Notes: generated from the sequence alone by a model not told the origin. A stretch of DNA of 64,000 bases from Octopus sinensis (GCF_006345805.1 NC_043010.1:58218001-58282000); one strand, 5' to 3'. Counted from the first letter of the stretch, positions 25,011 through 38,735 are shown. Program-made: numbers and translations.

Positions 25011-26739
25011 CAGCAGTAACTGAAATAAGGGAATTTCTCTGTTTTTCTCTTCAATAAGTATTTAGTTCCATCTCCAAAATTAAGGGATTTAAAAGGTATG
25101 TGTGTGTTGAGGGTGGTGGGTGAGGGGGAGGTGGTACAGTTAAAACAGGGAGTGGTGGAAGGGTGAGAAGTAGTGACAACACCAATGTGGTTGTTGTTGT
25201 TGTTGTTATTATTCACCCCACCCACTCACTGCCTTCCTGTTTCACTTTCTTGTATTTCTTCCTCACATCTCCCCTCCCCCAACACTACATCAGATACCAC
25301 TGCAACACCACACTCCACTACCACTTCTATACTACTACCACAACACAACACTGCCTCCCACCTCAGACCACACTGACACTCCACAATGCCACCCCCTCTA
25401 CATCCTTAGAGGCTACCCCTCCACTACAACTGTAACACTGCTCCATCACTTGCCACCATACTATACTACTGTCGATACTACATCAAACACCACACCACTA
25501 CTCTCTCCCTATACACCACCGCCCCACTCCACCACTGAGCCCTTCACCCACCATCACCACCACCACCACCATTACCACCAACATCAACACTACCACTACT
25601 ACCACTACCACCATCACCAACACTACTATCACCCCACCCACCCCCAGCTACCAGCACTATCACCACTACCACCATTATCAACACCACTATTACCACCACC
25701 ACCACCACCACTATCACCACCATCTCCATCACCACCACAATCAACACCCCCATCACCCCCACTCTCATGACCATCAATGTTACCACCACCACCACCACCA
25801 CCACGGCACAGCTCCCCACACCACACCACCCTTCCTGTTTCTCCATTTATTTAATCACTACAGTAAATATTCAACTGCCTATGTCCCACTGCTCCCTTAC
25901 TCTCATCCATTCCTTCATCTTCCGCTGACAATCACACACACACACACACACACACACCACACACACACACACACGCACACACACACACACACGCGCATGC
26001 ACACTCTCCTTCCCTCACTCCCCTCCTCCACTTCCTCATCCTTAATTTTAGTATTTTTTCCCTTCGTTTTACATTCAATGAAATGAATTTTAAAAATCAA
26101 TGAGTTTTATCTTCATCCAAGCTAACATCACCACCACCACCACCACCACCACCATCTTCATTATTCTTATTACCTTCATCATCATCATCATCATGCTGAT
26201 TGTCGTTGTTGTCATCACTGGTGGCAGTGGTGTTGTCATTGTCAACATCGTTATTGCTGTCATTGTTGTTTCCTATTGTAATTCCTCTTCCCCCCCCCCA
26301 TGCCACTACCAGCAAAGACCCACCGCGAACTCCCAAAGACAGTTAACATTATCTTCCCCTAAGAACCCCCTCCTCACATCCCCCACCACCACCACCACCA
26401 CCACTTCTGTTCCATCCTTCCTTGCACCAACCCCCACCCCACCCCCTCTCTCTGTACACTGTCCTCTTTTTTTTTTTTTAATATATTAGGGCAAAATTGC
26501 ATTACATTCAGTCTTGAATGGCGTGGCAGGGAGAGAAGAGAGAGAAAGAAACGTTCATACATATATACAAAGACATGCATAAGTATATGTGGATGCACAC
26601 ACACACACAAATGCACACACAAATGCACAAATGCACACATACACAAAGACTTTAATGAAACAAATTCACTTAAACAAGGAGTTACGACAAGAAAGTAAAA
26701 AGATCATTTTTCTACATTTATCTCTCTTGCAATGTTCAT

Positions 26740-27370
26740 TTTATCAATGTTTTCGAGATGTTTTGCATTGGAATTTTGGTAGAGTTTTTTTTACACAGAG
26801 AATCTGTGTATTTTGGTATCTTTTTGTCCACAGATTTCTACAGGGCTTTTGTGAATGATTGTGCTCACCATTTTGTACAATTTGCTTAAATTTTCTATTT
26901 TGTTTCGGTAGAGATTTTAATGAATCTTACAGGAATTTTCAACTGTTTTCTACCATGTTTCTGCAGTTTTTATTCACTATTTTGAAAAGCATTTTTGTGC
27001 AAATTTTCTACATTATCTTTGTAGTTTTGAACAGTATTTTAGCATAACTTTTGTACAGTGTTTTTGTAGATTTTTACGTTTTTCTACAAATATTTTCCAT
27101 TGTTTTTTTACAATTTTTGTACAACTTTTGTAGCAATTTCGCAGTGTTTTCATAGTTATTATATAATGTCTTACAAAGTGTTTCTGTACGAAGTGTTTTT
27201 GTACAAATTTGACAAATTTGTAATTTTTACAATGTTCTTGTACTTTCCTGATTTACTACAATTTTTGTACAGTATATTTTGTAATGATTTCGTAGATATA
27301 TTGCGACAATTTTGCAGTGTTTTCAGTTTTTATGTAAAGTTTTACAAAGTGTTTCTGTGCATCTCTCATT
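26740..27370. repeat. Degenerate T-rich satellite-like array
   Basis: Recurring TTTTGTACA(A/G)-like subunits; CAATTT(C/T)GCAGTGTTTTCA at 27134 and 27307; TTACAAAGTGTTTCTGT at 27171 and 27342. Confidence 0.55.
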
Positions 27371-27544
27371 TAGTGTATATCTAGTGATTTTATAGAATTT
27401 TATGATGGGCTTTTTTTTTTGGTGAATTTATAATAATTTTTACATGTCTTTCGCAGTAGTTTATGTAGAGTTATTTTGATTCGGGATTTGGGTTGCCAAA
27501 TTCTTTATGTGAGTTTGTATGTTGAAGCATATTCTGTTGTTAAA

Positions 27545-28641
27545 ATAATAATAATGAAATTATTGTATACAGTGCTCAGGTGCACCACAACTTGTCAAAA
27601 GTGCGTATAAAGCATATGCAGTAATGTACAAATGTCTGGAAAAAGAACAGTGTATGATTGCCGTGTGTATGGGGGGAAGAAAATCAGGTGTAGTGTTGGC
27701 GAATCTCAGGAAGCATGGAAGTTTTGAAGGATGCAGTGCTCCAACAACTAACAACTGATGCCGGCAGTTTGTTCCATGCTTCAGCAACTCTTAGCATGAA
27801 AAAATGTTTCCGAACGTCATGGGAGCTGTGCTGTTTTCTGACTTTGTAAACATGTCCATGGGTGTTAGACAGGTGGAGTTTGAAAAGGTGCTCAGAGTTA
27901 TTGTTTGTAAGATGGTTAATAATTTTATGGGTGTCTGCCAAGTCAGCTGCCAGACATCGGAGTTTCAGTGTATCCAAACCCAGGGAAGTAAGGCGTTCAG
28001 AATATGGCAAATGCCTGATGGAGGGTATTCTTTTGGTTGCACGTCGCTGAATGGCTTCCAGACGATTAATATCCTGGGCAAGATAGGGGTCCCAGACCGG
28101 TGATGCAAATTCCTAGTTAGGTCGCACCATAGCTATATAAAGCCGCAGATAGATAGCCGGAGAGCAGCTCACAAAGGACTTGGTGAGTGATGCCAAGACA
28201 CCCTCAGCCTTCTTGGCAATTTTAGCGATGTGTTTTGTCCAACGCAAATCACTGTCGACAATAACACCCAGGTCATGTTCACAAGAAGACTTTTTGAGAT
28301 TAGTGTTGTGGAGGGAGTAAGTAGACGCTGGGTTTCTCCTCCCAAAATGCATGGTAGTACATTTGTCCACAGCCAGCTTGAGTTGCCAGTCCATGATCCA
28401 CTGCTGCATTGTGTCCATGTCTGATTACAATAGAGATCTATAGTGTACAGGATCTGACCTCTTTATTTTGAGGTACAGCTTGATGTCATCTGCATATTTC
28501 AGCACTGTGGCATTCTTTAAGTTGGCATCTATGTCATTAACATATGCAACAAATAAAAGGGGACCAAGAACAGATCCCTGTGGTACACCAGATGTCATCT
28601 CATAGGGTGAAGAGAGCTGTCCTAGAACTGTGACAACCTCT
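27545..28641 (-). mobile_element. 5'-truncated CR1/L2-like LINE (RT C-terminus plus 3' UTR), pseudogenised
   Basis: SGVPQGSVLGPLLFVAYVNDI...KYADDIKL...DLGVIVDSDL...EFASPVW...AWNKLP in essentially one frame with a few stops; (TAT)n tail near 27545. Confidence 0.95.
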
Positions 28642-28794
28642 GGAGAGAATCATTCTCTTTTACTGCCCTATAATTTAACACACTCAGCAGTAAAATTTCC
28701 ACTTCATTTTATATAATTAAAGAAAAAAGAGATAAGCGGAAATTTTACTGGTGAGTGTGTTAAATTGTAGGGCAGTAAAAGAGAATGACTCTCC
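28642..28794. repeat. ~62-bp-arm hairpin (MITE-like) abutting the LINE truncation point
   Basis: Arms 28642-28704 and 28734-28794, about five differences. Confidence 0.9.
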
Positions 28795-29132
28795 CCAGAC
28801 ACAACAGATTATGTAAAGTTGTCAACTATTTCCTTCACAGTTTTTCTTAAGTGTTTCTCAACAACATCTGTAATATCTGTCCTCTGTGTTTTTATTTTTT
28901 TTACTTGTTTCAGTCATTAGAGTGTGGCCAGGCTGGATCATTGCCACGAAGAATTTTAGTTGAATGAGTTGAGCCCATGACTTATGTTTTCTAAACCTGG
29001 AACTTATTTTATTGGTCTTTTTTACCGAGCTGCTAGGTTATGGGGATGTAAACACACCGACATTGGTTTTCAAGTGGTGGTGGTGGAGAACAAACACAGA
29101 CAAAAACACCCACCCATAAACACACACACATA

Positions 29133-29410
29133 TCATCATCATCATCATCATCCATCATCATCATCATTTAACGTCCGTTTTCCATGCTAGCATGGGTTGG
29201 ACGGTTCGACCGGGGTCTGGTAAGCCATGGAGGCTGCACCAGGCTCTAGTCTGATTTGGCAATGTTTCTACGGCTGGATGCCCTTCCTAACACCAACCAC
29301 TCCGTGAGTGTAGTGGGTGCTTTTTACAGGCATGGGGAGGCTGTCAGTGGCCACGATCGGTTAGTGCTTTTTACGTACCACTGGCACAGGTATTCACAAC
29401 TACAATTTCT
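29133..29410 (-). mobile_element. RTE 3'-UTR tail fragment
   Basis: (CAT)n TTTAACGTCCGTTTTCCATGCTAGCATGGGTTGGACGG...GGATGCCCTTCCTAAC, reverse of 56860-57012. Confidence 0.85.
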
Positions 29411-29586
29411 GGATATCCTGCATTACCTCTGGATATCCTTGTTGCTTATTTTGATTATATATATATATGTAATATCCATATGCATACATATACATATTTA
29501 TGCATTTATACACACACACACACACCTATATATGCGTGTATATGTGTATATATATATATATATGGATACACATGCACACACATATT

Positions 29587-30480
29587 ATCATCATCGTTGT
29601 TTAACGTCCGTTTTCCATGCTGGCATAGGTTGGACGGTTCGACTGGAGCGTGAGAAGCCAGGAGGCTGCATCAGGCCCAGTCTGATCTGGCAGTGTTTCT
29701 ACAGCTGGATGCCCTTCCTAACGCCAACCACTCCGTGAGTGTAGTGGGTATTTTTTACGTGCCACCGGCACAGGAGCCAGCGCAGGCTGGCAAACGGCCA
29801 CGATCGGTTGGTGCTTTTACATGTCACCAACACGGACGCCAGTTAGGCGACGCTAGTAACTGCTACGCTCGAACGGTGCTTTTACGTGTCACCAGCACTG
29901 GTGTCTTAACTACAATTACCATTCGAATTTTTGATGTTGACGAACTTGACTCAACAGGTCTCCTCAAGAACAGCAGGTCACTCTACGATCCAAGGTTAGC
30001 AAAGCAGGCCATCCTGCGAGCCGTGAACTCACTTCATTTGTTGGGTCTTTGAAGTCACAGCACATCTCCAGAGGTCTCGGTCTTTCATCATAGCCTCTGT
30101 GAGGCTCAAAGTATGAAGGTCATGCTTGACCACCTCGTCCCATGTCTTCCTGGGTCTACCTCTATCCCGGATTCCTTCAACAGTTTGGGAGTGGTACTAC
30201 TTCACACATCTCTCCTCGTCCATCCTTAGTACATGACCGTACCAATGCAATCGTCTCTCCAACACGCCACATCCAATGCTTCTTATGCCCAACATTTCTC
30301 TCGGGACGCTTACACTCTGTCGTGCATGGACACTGACATTACACATCCAGCGGATCATGCTAGCTTCATTTCTTTCGAGCCTACGCATGTCCTCCGCAAT
30401 CACAGCCCATGTTTCAGTGCCATGAAGCATGGCAGTTCGCACACATGCATCGTACAACCTACCTGTTACGATTGTTGTGC
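29587..30480 (-). mobile_element. 5'-truncated RTE LINE (ORF C-terminus, 3' UTR with tandem units, GAT tail)
   Basis: GRLYDACVRTAMLHGTETWAVIAEDMRRLERNEASMIRWMCNVS...RRLHWYGHVLRM (ORF 30197-30619, whose 5' part is microsatellite). Confidence 0.92.
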
Positions 30481-30681
30481 TAATAAAGTTTCTAGTTACA
30501 TTTTGCCTTCTGTATCTATCATTTAAAAAAAACAATATATATATATATATACACACACACATCATACATATATATACACACATATCATACATATTTATAC
30601 ACACACACACATCATACATATATATACACCGACACAGATCTCATACATATATATACACAGACACATATCATATATATATAT

Positions 30682-30758
<77 letters not shown>

Positions 30759-30946
30759 ATTATCAGGTAGAAGCAGTATTAGAAGAGAACAATAATCTAT
30801 ACATCCAACTTAACATGAACATACTATGACAACACTGTAAAGTTGTAGTATTTGTCCTCAGAACATATCTTGTATAGCTGTATGCTAAAAGCACATAGAC
30901 ATGTCAGCAGCAAACAAAATTATCAACACTAGCAGAATTATCAACT

Positions 30947-30983
<37 letters not shown>

Positions 30984-31320
30984 TTACTTATATATATATG
31001 TGTGTGTGTGTGTGTCTATATATATATAAATTAGAGAAAAAAACTGCCTTTTATCAATTCAATAATGAAAAATTAAATTATACCATCTAGAAAATTACAA
31101 ATAGAAAAATTAAATATAAGATAAAACATATAACGATGATTACGTAATGTGCAAAATAATAAATAAAACGTATATATTTGGTATATATTTTCTCTAATTT
31201 ATATATATATATTATATTTTGTGAAATTTGATTTAGTATTTCTAAATTGAATTTTTCCCTGTAAGTTTGGAATAATATTCCCTTATTATTATTATCATCA
31301 TTATATATATATATAGTTAA

Positions 31321-31525
31321 TCCAAACATGAAAACACAAAGAGAAAACACAACAATGCGAGGACGTGGAACAAATATAGTATTATTAGACGCTCAGGAAA
31401 GAAGGAAAGAAGGAGGGTTTAACATTTCGAGCGGAGCTCTTCGTTGGAAACATAAGAGAAGGAAAGATCCAGGGAAGGGAAGACAGGAAAAAAAATTGCC
31501 AACAGTACACACGCGGTCACATATG
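31321..31525 (-). mobile_element. Penelope-terminus-like short repeat with decayed hammerhead (31417-31451)
   Basis: Minus strand GTTT CCAACGA A GAG CTCCG CTC GAAA T GTT AAAC; helix I GUUU/AAAC; T-rich tail runs into (TA)n. Confidence 0.55.
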
Positions 31526-34500
31526 TCTGTGCCTATGTAGCTAACAAATTTTCTTTCCAACCATTTGATTTTGGTTTCAACACCCCTGCATAATACATTG
31601 AGTATCTTCTAGTATAGCCCCCAGACTGACCAGAGATTTATGAGTGGATGTTGTAGATGGAAACTGAGAGATGCCCATCATCTTTCTCTCACCCAACACC
31701 ATCCATTAGTTCTACAACCCTGTAACACTGCAATTCCTTTTCCTCTACCCACCACTTAAATGCTCAGTTTCCTCTCTTCCCACTTGCGACACCTCTTCAG
31801 ATGGGGGTGCTGGAAGGACTCCCCTCCGCCCTGCTAATTACTAAATCGTCTGTTTTCTTTAATATAACAAACATGATAACCATAACAGAACTGAAGCACA
31901 GGGTGTGATACAGAAATGCTTCTAACCTCTTCCTTAGTCGTTCTCAATTCACGAAATAATGAAGAATTTGGTAAAATATTTGCCATTATTGAGCTGGTGT
32001 TTAAGGAAGGGAGATCGTAGAATGGTTAGCGAACTTTCTTTCAGCCCTTTATCTTCTGAGTTCAAATTCTACCCAGGTCAACTTTACCTTGTATTCTTTT
32101 GGGGGTTGATAAAATAAATACGAGTGAAGCACTGGTTCGATGTAATCGGCTTCGCCCTCCCTCGTGAAATTTCAGGCCTTCTAATCTAAGGGATTATTAA
32201 GCTGGTGATTGGAACATACATTAGAATGAAATTTCAATGGAAGGTTTTCATTTGGATCCCTTTAAAATGGGGTTTTCAACATAGAACCAGGAGCAGTTTC
32301 AGGTGGGTCAGTATCCAAAAGGTTAAACATTTTGTTGCCATATTTTTATTGTAACACACAGCCTTTGTTTCAAATAATGTTAAAAATAATGAAAAATTTG
32401 GTAAAATAATTTTGGCATTATTAACTTGCAGCTTAGAACACAAATTAACATGAAATTTCAAAGGAAGTTTTTAATTAAGATTATTTTAAAACAGGTGATT
32501 TGTATGATAGAAGCCAGGACGATCTCAAGTTGGTTGATACCAAAACAACCAGATCTCAACAGCAAAACAGACAACCATTTAGCATTCACATTACTCTCTC
32601 AAATGTATTGCTTATTTAGATATTTGTTTTTAATTAATCATTCATTATCTCATAACTTCTAGATTTCAGTGACATTGGGTCAGATGGACTTTTACTTTTA
32701 GAATGACCTGGCAAGTTAGAGAGACTGGATCTGACCAGTTTGAACATGAAACAAAATATTTTGGCCAAATATGGCTGGTTTAAGTGCAAGAAAATTAAAT
32801 TATACAGATTCCTTTGCTTGTTTATTTGTTTTGGTTATTGAACTGTGGCCATGCTGGAGCACTGCCTTGAAGGCTTGAATGGATCAAATGGACTCCAGGA
32901 ATTATTTTAGGCCCACCACTTATTCAATTGGACTCTTTTTGATGAACTGCTGGGTTGTGAAAGACGAAACACAAACTGGCTTGCACATACACACACACAT
33001 TCACGTATGTGCACACATATATACATTGATACATACATACAGACACATACATAAATACACACATACATAGATCAATACATACATATACATATATTCAACA
33101 TCAATCATCATCATTGCTTTGAGGTCCCTTCTTCCATGCCTGCAGGGGTCGGACAAAGTTTATTGAAGCAAATTTTCTATGGCTGAATGCCTTTCCTGTC
33201 ACCAAGCCTCATCTGTTCCCATGAAAAGTAATACTTCCTCATGGCCGATATGTTTTCACAGAAAATTAGAAATGAATGACACTGCTTGTATAACAGTGAC
33301 ACTCATTTACAGCTATCACACAATGTCAAAACAAAAAGACACAAAGATACACACACTCATCCACATATATATTATGTACACACACACATTTATATACGAT
33401 GGGCTTCTTTCAGTTTCCGTCTGCCAAATCCACTCAGAAAGCTTTGGTCAGCAATAGAAGAAGGCATTTGTTCAAGGCGCAGTGGGACTGAACCCTGTGG
33501 CTGGGAAGCAAGCTTCTTACCACACGGCCACACTTGTCCTTATAAACATACACACACACATACATATACACACACTCTCATGACACTGGTTGATCAGAGA
33601 CTATGCTGGATGACAACCCCTCCAATCTGATTCACTTCTATAAATCCATTAAACTAAAGATCCATTATTACTCCTGACACAGAGCTATATGAACCCCACA
33701 GGTTCTGCTCCATCAATTTACCCCTTGTATCTAAAAATCAAGGGACCCTGTTCTTGGTGCGAGAGCACCCATCAAGGTCTGATATGAAAATAGTGAAGAA
33801 CAACAGAATCTAAGACAGAAAAAATGTAGCAGAATTACCTGGAGGTGGCTCTGTGACTGGACATTCTGGGATCAAATCTGGCTGTGGTCCACTTTAGATT
33901 TCGTCCCTCCTGGGTTGACAAATTAACATACCAGGAAAATACTGGGGTTAACATCATTGACTGTTCTTTCCCATAAATTGTGTGGCCTTGTTTCTATGTC
34001 AGAAATAGTACAAGATAGATGTGTGTGTGTGTGTGTGTGTGTAGTTATGGGATTTCTTTGTGTAGGCATTAACAGATAGATTTGTAAGAATGGTGTTACA
34101 ATATTTGTGTATGAATTTTATGTTATTGTCATACATTAATTGTATGTGTGTTTTGTTCACAGTCTGTATGCGGGTATATGTACACATGTGTGAATGTGTA
34201 AAGGTGTGAACAAAATAAGTTTCAAAGTAGGGGGTTGCAGACGTATGTTTGTGTTTGTGTACATAGGACATGTATGTGGTTGTGGATGGGTGTGTGTGTA
34301 TGTAGACATGTTTATGTATGTGTGAATGAGTAAGTGTGTGTATGTTTGAGGATATGTGCTGTGTGTACATTTGTGCAAGTATATCTATATATGTGTGTGT
34401 GTGTATACACAGTGTCTGTATGTGTGCATGTATGTATGTGCCTTCTGTCGCAGATAAGGGTCCTTCACTGTGGCATACTGACATCCTATCGTTTCGGCAG

Positions 34501-35084
34501 CCGAGTCGGAAGCTGAAATGAAACAAAGAAGACCATTTTCATATTTATCATAATCACCACCACCATCATCATCACGGTCATCATCACCATCATCGTTCTC
34601 ATCATCATCACCATCACCATCATCACCATCACCATCATCACCATCACCATCATCACCATCACCATCATCACCTTCATTGTCATCATCATCACAACTACCA
34701 CCATCTAAATGGGACACCACTCCATCCCATAGTTAACCTCACACCTGTAGATATTACTGGTACTCATTTGCTGCAGAGTGGATTGGAGCAACAGGAAATG
34801 AGTTTTTTTGGCCCAAGAATAAAATATACAACTAGAAATGGGAATTGAAACTGAAACTTTACAATCGTGAATCCAGTCACCCTAAATGATGCACCCTCAC
34901 ATGTTAAATAAAATAGATTTACTCTCATAAGGAAATAACCACCTTTCAATCAATCAGTCAACATCCAGCCTCCTGGCTCTTAGTCATCACTCATCTTCAT
35001 TCCTTTAATTCTTCTTTCCAAGATGAAGAAACATAGCCAAGTTTGCTATTTTTAAATCTCATAATGAGAGATATTCAGCAACAG

Positions 35085-35652
35085 TACTTTGGAGTAAAGA
35101 TTGTTTGCCAAATAACATGGCAGTCCTGGTTTAGGACGAATGTTGCTGTAATTTTAGCCCCAGAAGACATCGTCTCCAGCTGGTTATACGACACAATCTG
35201 TGTCCTTATATTTTCGAAAAAGGGAATCCCGGAGCTAAATTACAGCAACATTCGTCCTAAACCAAGACTGCCATGCTATGTGGGCAAAAATCTTTACTCC
35301 AAAGTACAATTACTGAATATCTCTCACTGTGAGATTTAAAAATAGTAATTTTCTAATTTATAGATGAGTGACTAATTGTCACTTTGAAAACTATATATTT
35401 TGAATGGGAATTTGGCAGTGCCACCTCTAGCCGAACGATTATTCTGTGCCGATGAAGAGAAATAACCCAGAAATCATGATACACAGATATTGTTTTGAGC
35501 TGAGTGGGGGTGCTAGGTTCCCTTGTTCATAAATATAAGGACATAGATCATGTAATATAGCCAGCTGGAGACGATGTCTCCTGGGGCTAAATTACAGCAA
35601 CATTTGTCCTAAACCAGGACTGCCATGTTATGTTGGCAAACAATCTTTACTC
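35085..35652. repeat. Three copies of a ~75-100-bp unit (one inverted, two direct) flanking a hammerhead-like motif
   Basis: GCTAAATTACAGCAACATT(C/T)GTCCTAAACCA(A/G)GACTGCCATG at 35231-35306 and 35561-35652; reverse complement at 35085-35186. Confidence 0.85.
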
Positions 35653-35833
35653 TAGAGCCAAGTTTGCTTCTTCAGATTTTTAAAGCCATCCCCCATGTTG
35701 GTGCCACATAAAAGATACCCAGTCCACTCTATAAAGTGGTTGGCACTAGGAAGGGCATCCAAATATAGGAACCATGCTGTTCTCCCTTCTGTCTATTTTT
35801 ATGTTCAGTTATAATAAAAACAAAGTGATAGTA

Positions 35834-36126
35834 TGTTGTCAATTTAATGTGACAGTGCCATGAAAGGGAAGAATGCTACTGTTATTTAAACCTAGGAAAC
35901 ACCATTTCCTGTTGGACTTGACACATTTCCTGTTGGACTTGACACATTTCCTGTGTCCTAATGCTTTCAAAGTAGAGACAAGCACCTCCATCCAGCAAAA
36001 AAAAATAAACAAAAAAACATAAGGACACAGGAAATGTTTGAAGTCCAACAGGAAACAGTGTTTCCTAGGGCTAAATAACAGTAACATTCTTCCCTTTCAT
36101 AGGACAGCCACATTAAGCTGACAACA
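35834..36126. mobile_element. MITE-like element with long terminal inverted arms
   Basis: Arms 35834-35959/36022-36126; left arm has a 21-bp tandem duplication CATTTCCTGTTGGACTTGACA. Confidence 0.8.
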
Positions 36127-38423
36127 CTTTATCATGCTGCTACTGCATAAATCTCTCTGAGAGATTTAGAAATGCATTATTTCTATAATAAAAACAATTT
36201 GACATTAACCTGATGGGTCACTCTACACTTCTGTAGGACAAATTTAGTATTCTTAAACAGGAATATTGTTGACAGTGACTTCGCAGTTTCAGCCGGTTAA
36301 GTGATTGTTGGTCACTACTGACAATGGCTTAACTGACCCAAACTTTAAAGTCACTGTCAACAACATTCTTGCTTATCTATCTGTCTATATTCCTATCTCT
36401 GGAAACACACAACAGTCTGTACCATTCCCAGATGGAAGAGCAACTTCTCTGGCCCTCCCTCAGTCCTCTCCAATGACTCAAAGATGAGGGATGCAGACAT
36501 TAATATAACAACATTTTCTGTTAATCTACTGAATCAATCTTTCCCTGATACTGACTGCCACTACTGTCTAATGTAGAGCTAGAACTACTGGACGCCTATT
36601 GGAAACCTACTGGACAACTCCTTAGACAGGAAATTTCCTGGGGATCCACTGGAAACCTACTGTTTATTTCATATTTTGACACAAGACTAATATTTTGAGG
36701 AGAGAATGTAAGTCAATTATGTCAACCCCAGTGCATAACTGGTTCTTATTTTATCGACCCCAAAAGGATGAAATCTACAGCTGACCTCAGGACATAAAGA
36801 CAGATGAAATACTGCTAAGCATTTTTGCCCTGCATGCTGCCTTCCTGCTGCTCTTTTATACTACCCCCAACCCCAGGAGTTACATGAATTTGATGAAAAC
36901 TGTAGCATGTTCCCCATCAAAGGCTTTTCCCCATGTCTAGCACATCAATCTTTCGCCAAAACTCTCTGCTTCTAAACATCAACTATGTCCCATTTTTTTT
37001 TCTTTAATTGGTAACTTATTGTCAAATAGAATTTCTCTTACACACATCCTATCAATTACGGTTAACTGCAAGGCTGAGTCTTTTGTCTCAATTCTTAAAT
37101 GTTTCTACATCAACAAGCCATCCCCTCCTACACAGACATCAAGAATGAAGGGTGGAATATGTAATACCACCATTGATTCTTCCCTGACCTTCCTCACCCA
37201 AGAGTCATTTCTATGAAGCCTAGACACTTCACAAGTGTGCTGTGGCCACTCTCTGTCTTTTCTACTACTACTACTACTACATTGACCTTTGCTTTTCAAA
37301 GAGGGTTGGTCCCATACCAACGCCCTCAGATACACTCAACTAACCTTTCCTCCATTCATTCTATGTCCAGCCACCCACGCCCCACACTAACCACTTACCC
37401 CAGTCCTTCCACCCCGTAATTGTTACCCTCTGAAATTCCCTACTTATGCAATGCCTTTCTGGCAGTTCTGACTTACAACATTTATGGAGGGTCTGTGAAA
37501 GCAATGGGCATTGCCCCTTCCTTCAGACCTGCTTGGTTGGAAAAACTCTGTGTGTGTGTGTATTTTCTGTGTTAGTCATGAAAATAAATTGAAATAGAAG
37601 AACAGATTTGGTTATTTTATTGATTTATAAACTTTAAATAATATGTAAGTGAAACTAAAAGACGAGATGAAAGGTAAACCATTCACTGTTGTCTTCACAG
37701 GTTTATGAAGAATGGTGAGAGGAGGAGATGGAGATATGAAGAGAAGAAAAAGGAAGGAGGGAGAGGTGGAAAGTGAGAGAGGTGAACAGGAGATGGAGAG
37801 AAGAGGGAGAGGTGGAGAGGTGATGTTTGGTAAACAGAAATCACCCTGGAGAGAAATCAGTGGAAAGTTGGCATTTTAGAAGTGAAAGCAAACTTCATGG
37901 GAGGAATATGAATAAAATATTTGTCATTTTTGGAGTGATATGTAACCATTCCATGCCGTTCAGATGAAACAGACTGTTGTCAGCTTTATAGACTTTAGAC
38001 AAGCTAGAATAAATCAACGTCTTCTCTAAGACACAACACAAGGAACCAAAGGAATGGACAATAATGTGTGAAAAAACATCTCCAAACACATTATCTTCTG
38101 AGAGGATGAAATCTGATGGTTATTGTGTTTGGTTGGTAAAATTAGAAGACAAAACCTGAATATTAATGAATGACTGAGAATTATCTGCAGGGGTGGGTTT
38201 AGTTAGATAAGAGTGCAAGGGTGAGGGTGTGTAACCATCACCTTTAATTCAGGGGATTAAAAATGACTGGATTATAAAGGTTGGTAAAATATGGTAATTG
38301 TTTTAATAGTTAATTACAATAATATTGAGAAAATATATAATGAAACATGACAGAGATAAGTTAAGTAGATGTGAAAGGAAAACTTGATGTCAAAGTAATG
38401 AGAGAACATTATCTGTTAGAGGG

Positions 38424-38735
38424 ATATGTGGCTTAGTGGCTGGGAGTATTTGGCTCATGATCATAAGGCCATGAGTTCAATTCCCAGTGAAATGTTGTGT
38501 CCTTAAGCAAGACACTTTATTTTTTGTTGTTCCAGTCCACTCAGCTGGCAAAAATGAGTTGTACTGGTAATTCTAATGGGCCAGCCTTGTCACATTCTCT
38601 GTCACACTGAATCTCCCTGAAAATTATGTTAAGGGAGTGTGTATGTGTGTGTGGAGTACTCAGCCACTTGCACATTAATTTCAGGAGCAGGCTGTTCATT
38701 GATCGGATCGACTGGAACCGTCATTGTCATAACTG
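38424..38735 (+). mobile_element. tRNA-derived SINE (family D)
   Basis: TGGCTTAGTGG head, GAGTTCAATTCCC B-box; body matches 11095-11256. Confidence 0.8.

Noticed and set aside
24605-25225. Acidic Asp/Gly-rich and His-rich ORFs (also 34385-34720)
   Set aside because: Derived from GAT/GGT/CAT simple repeats
36305-36487. 60-aa non-repetitive ORF
   Set aside because: Short, no recognisable motif or splice signals; expected by chance
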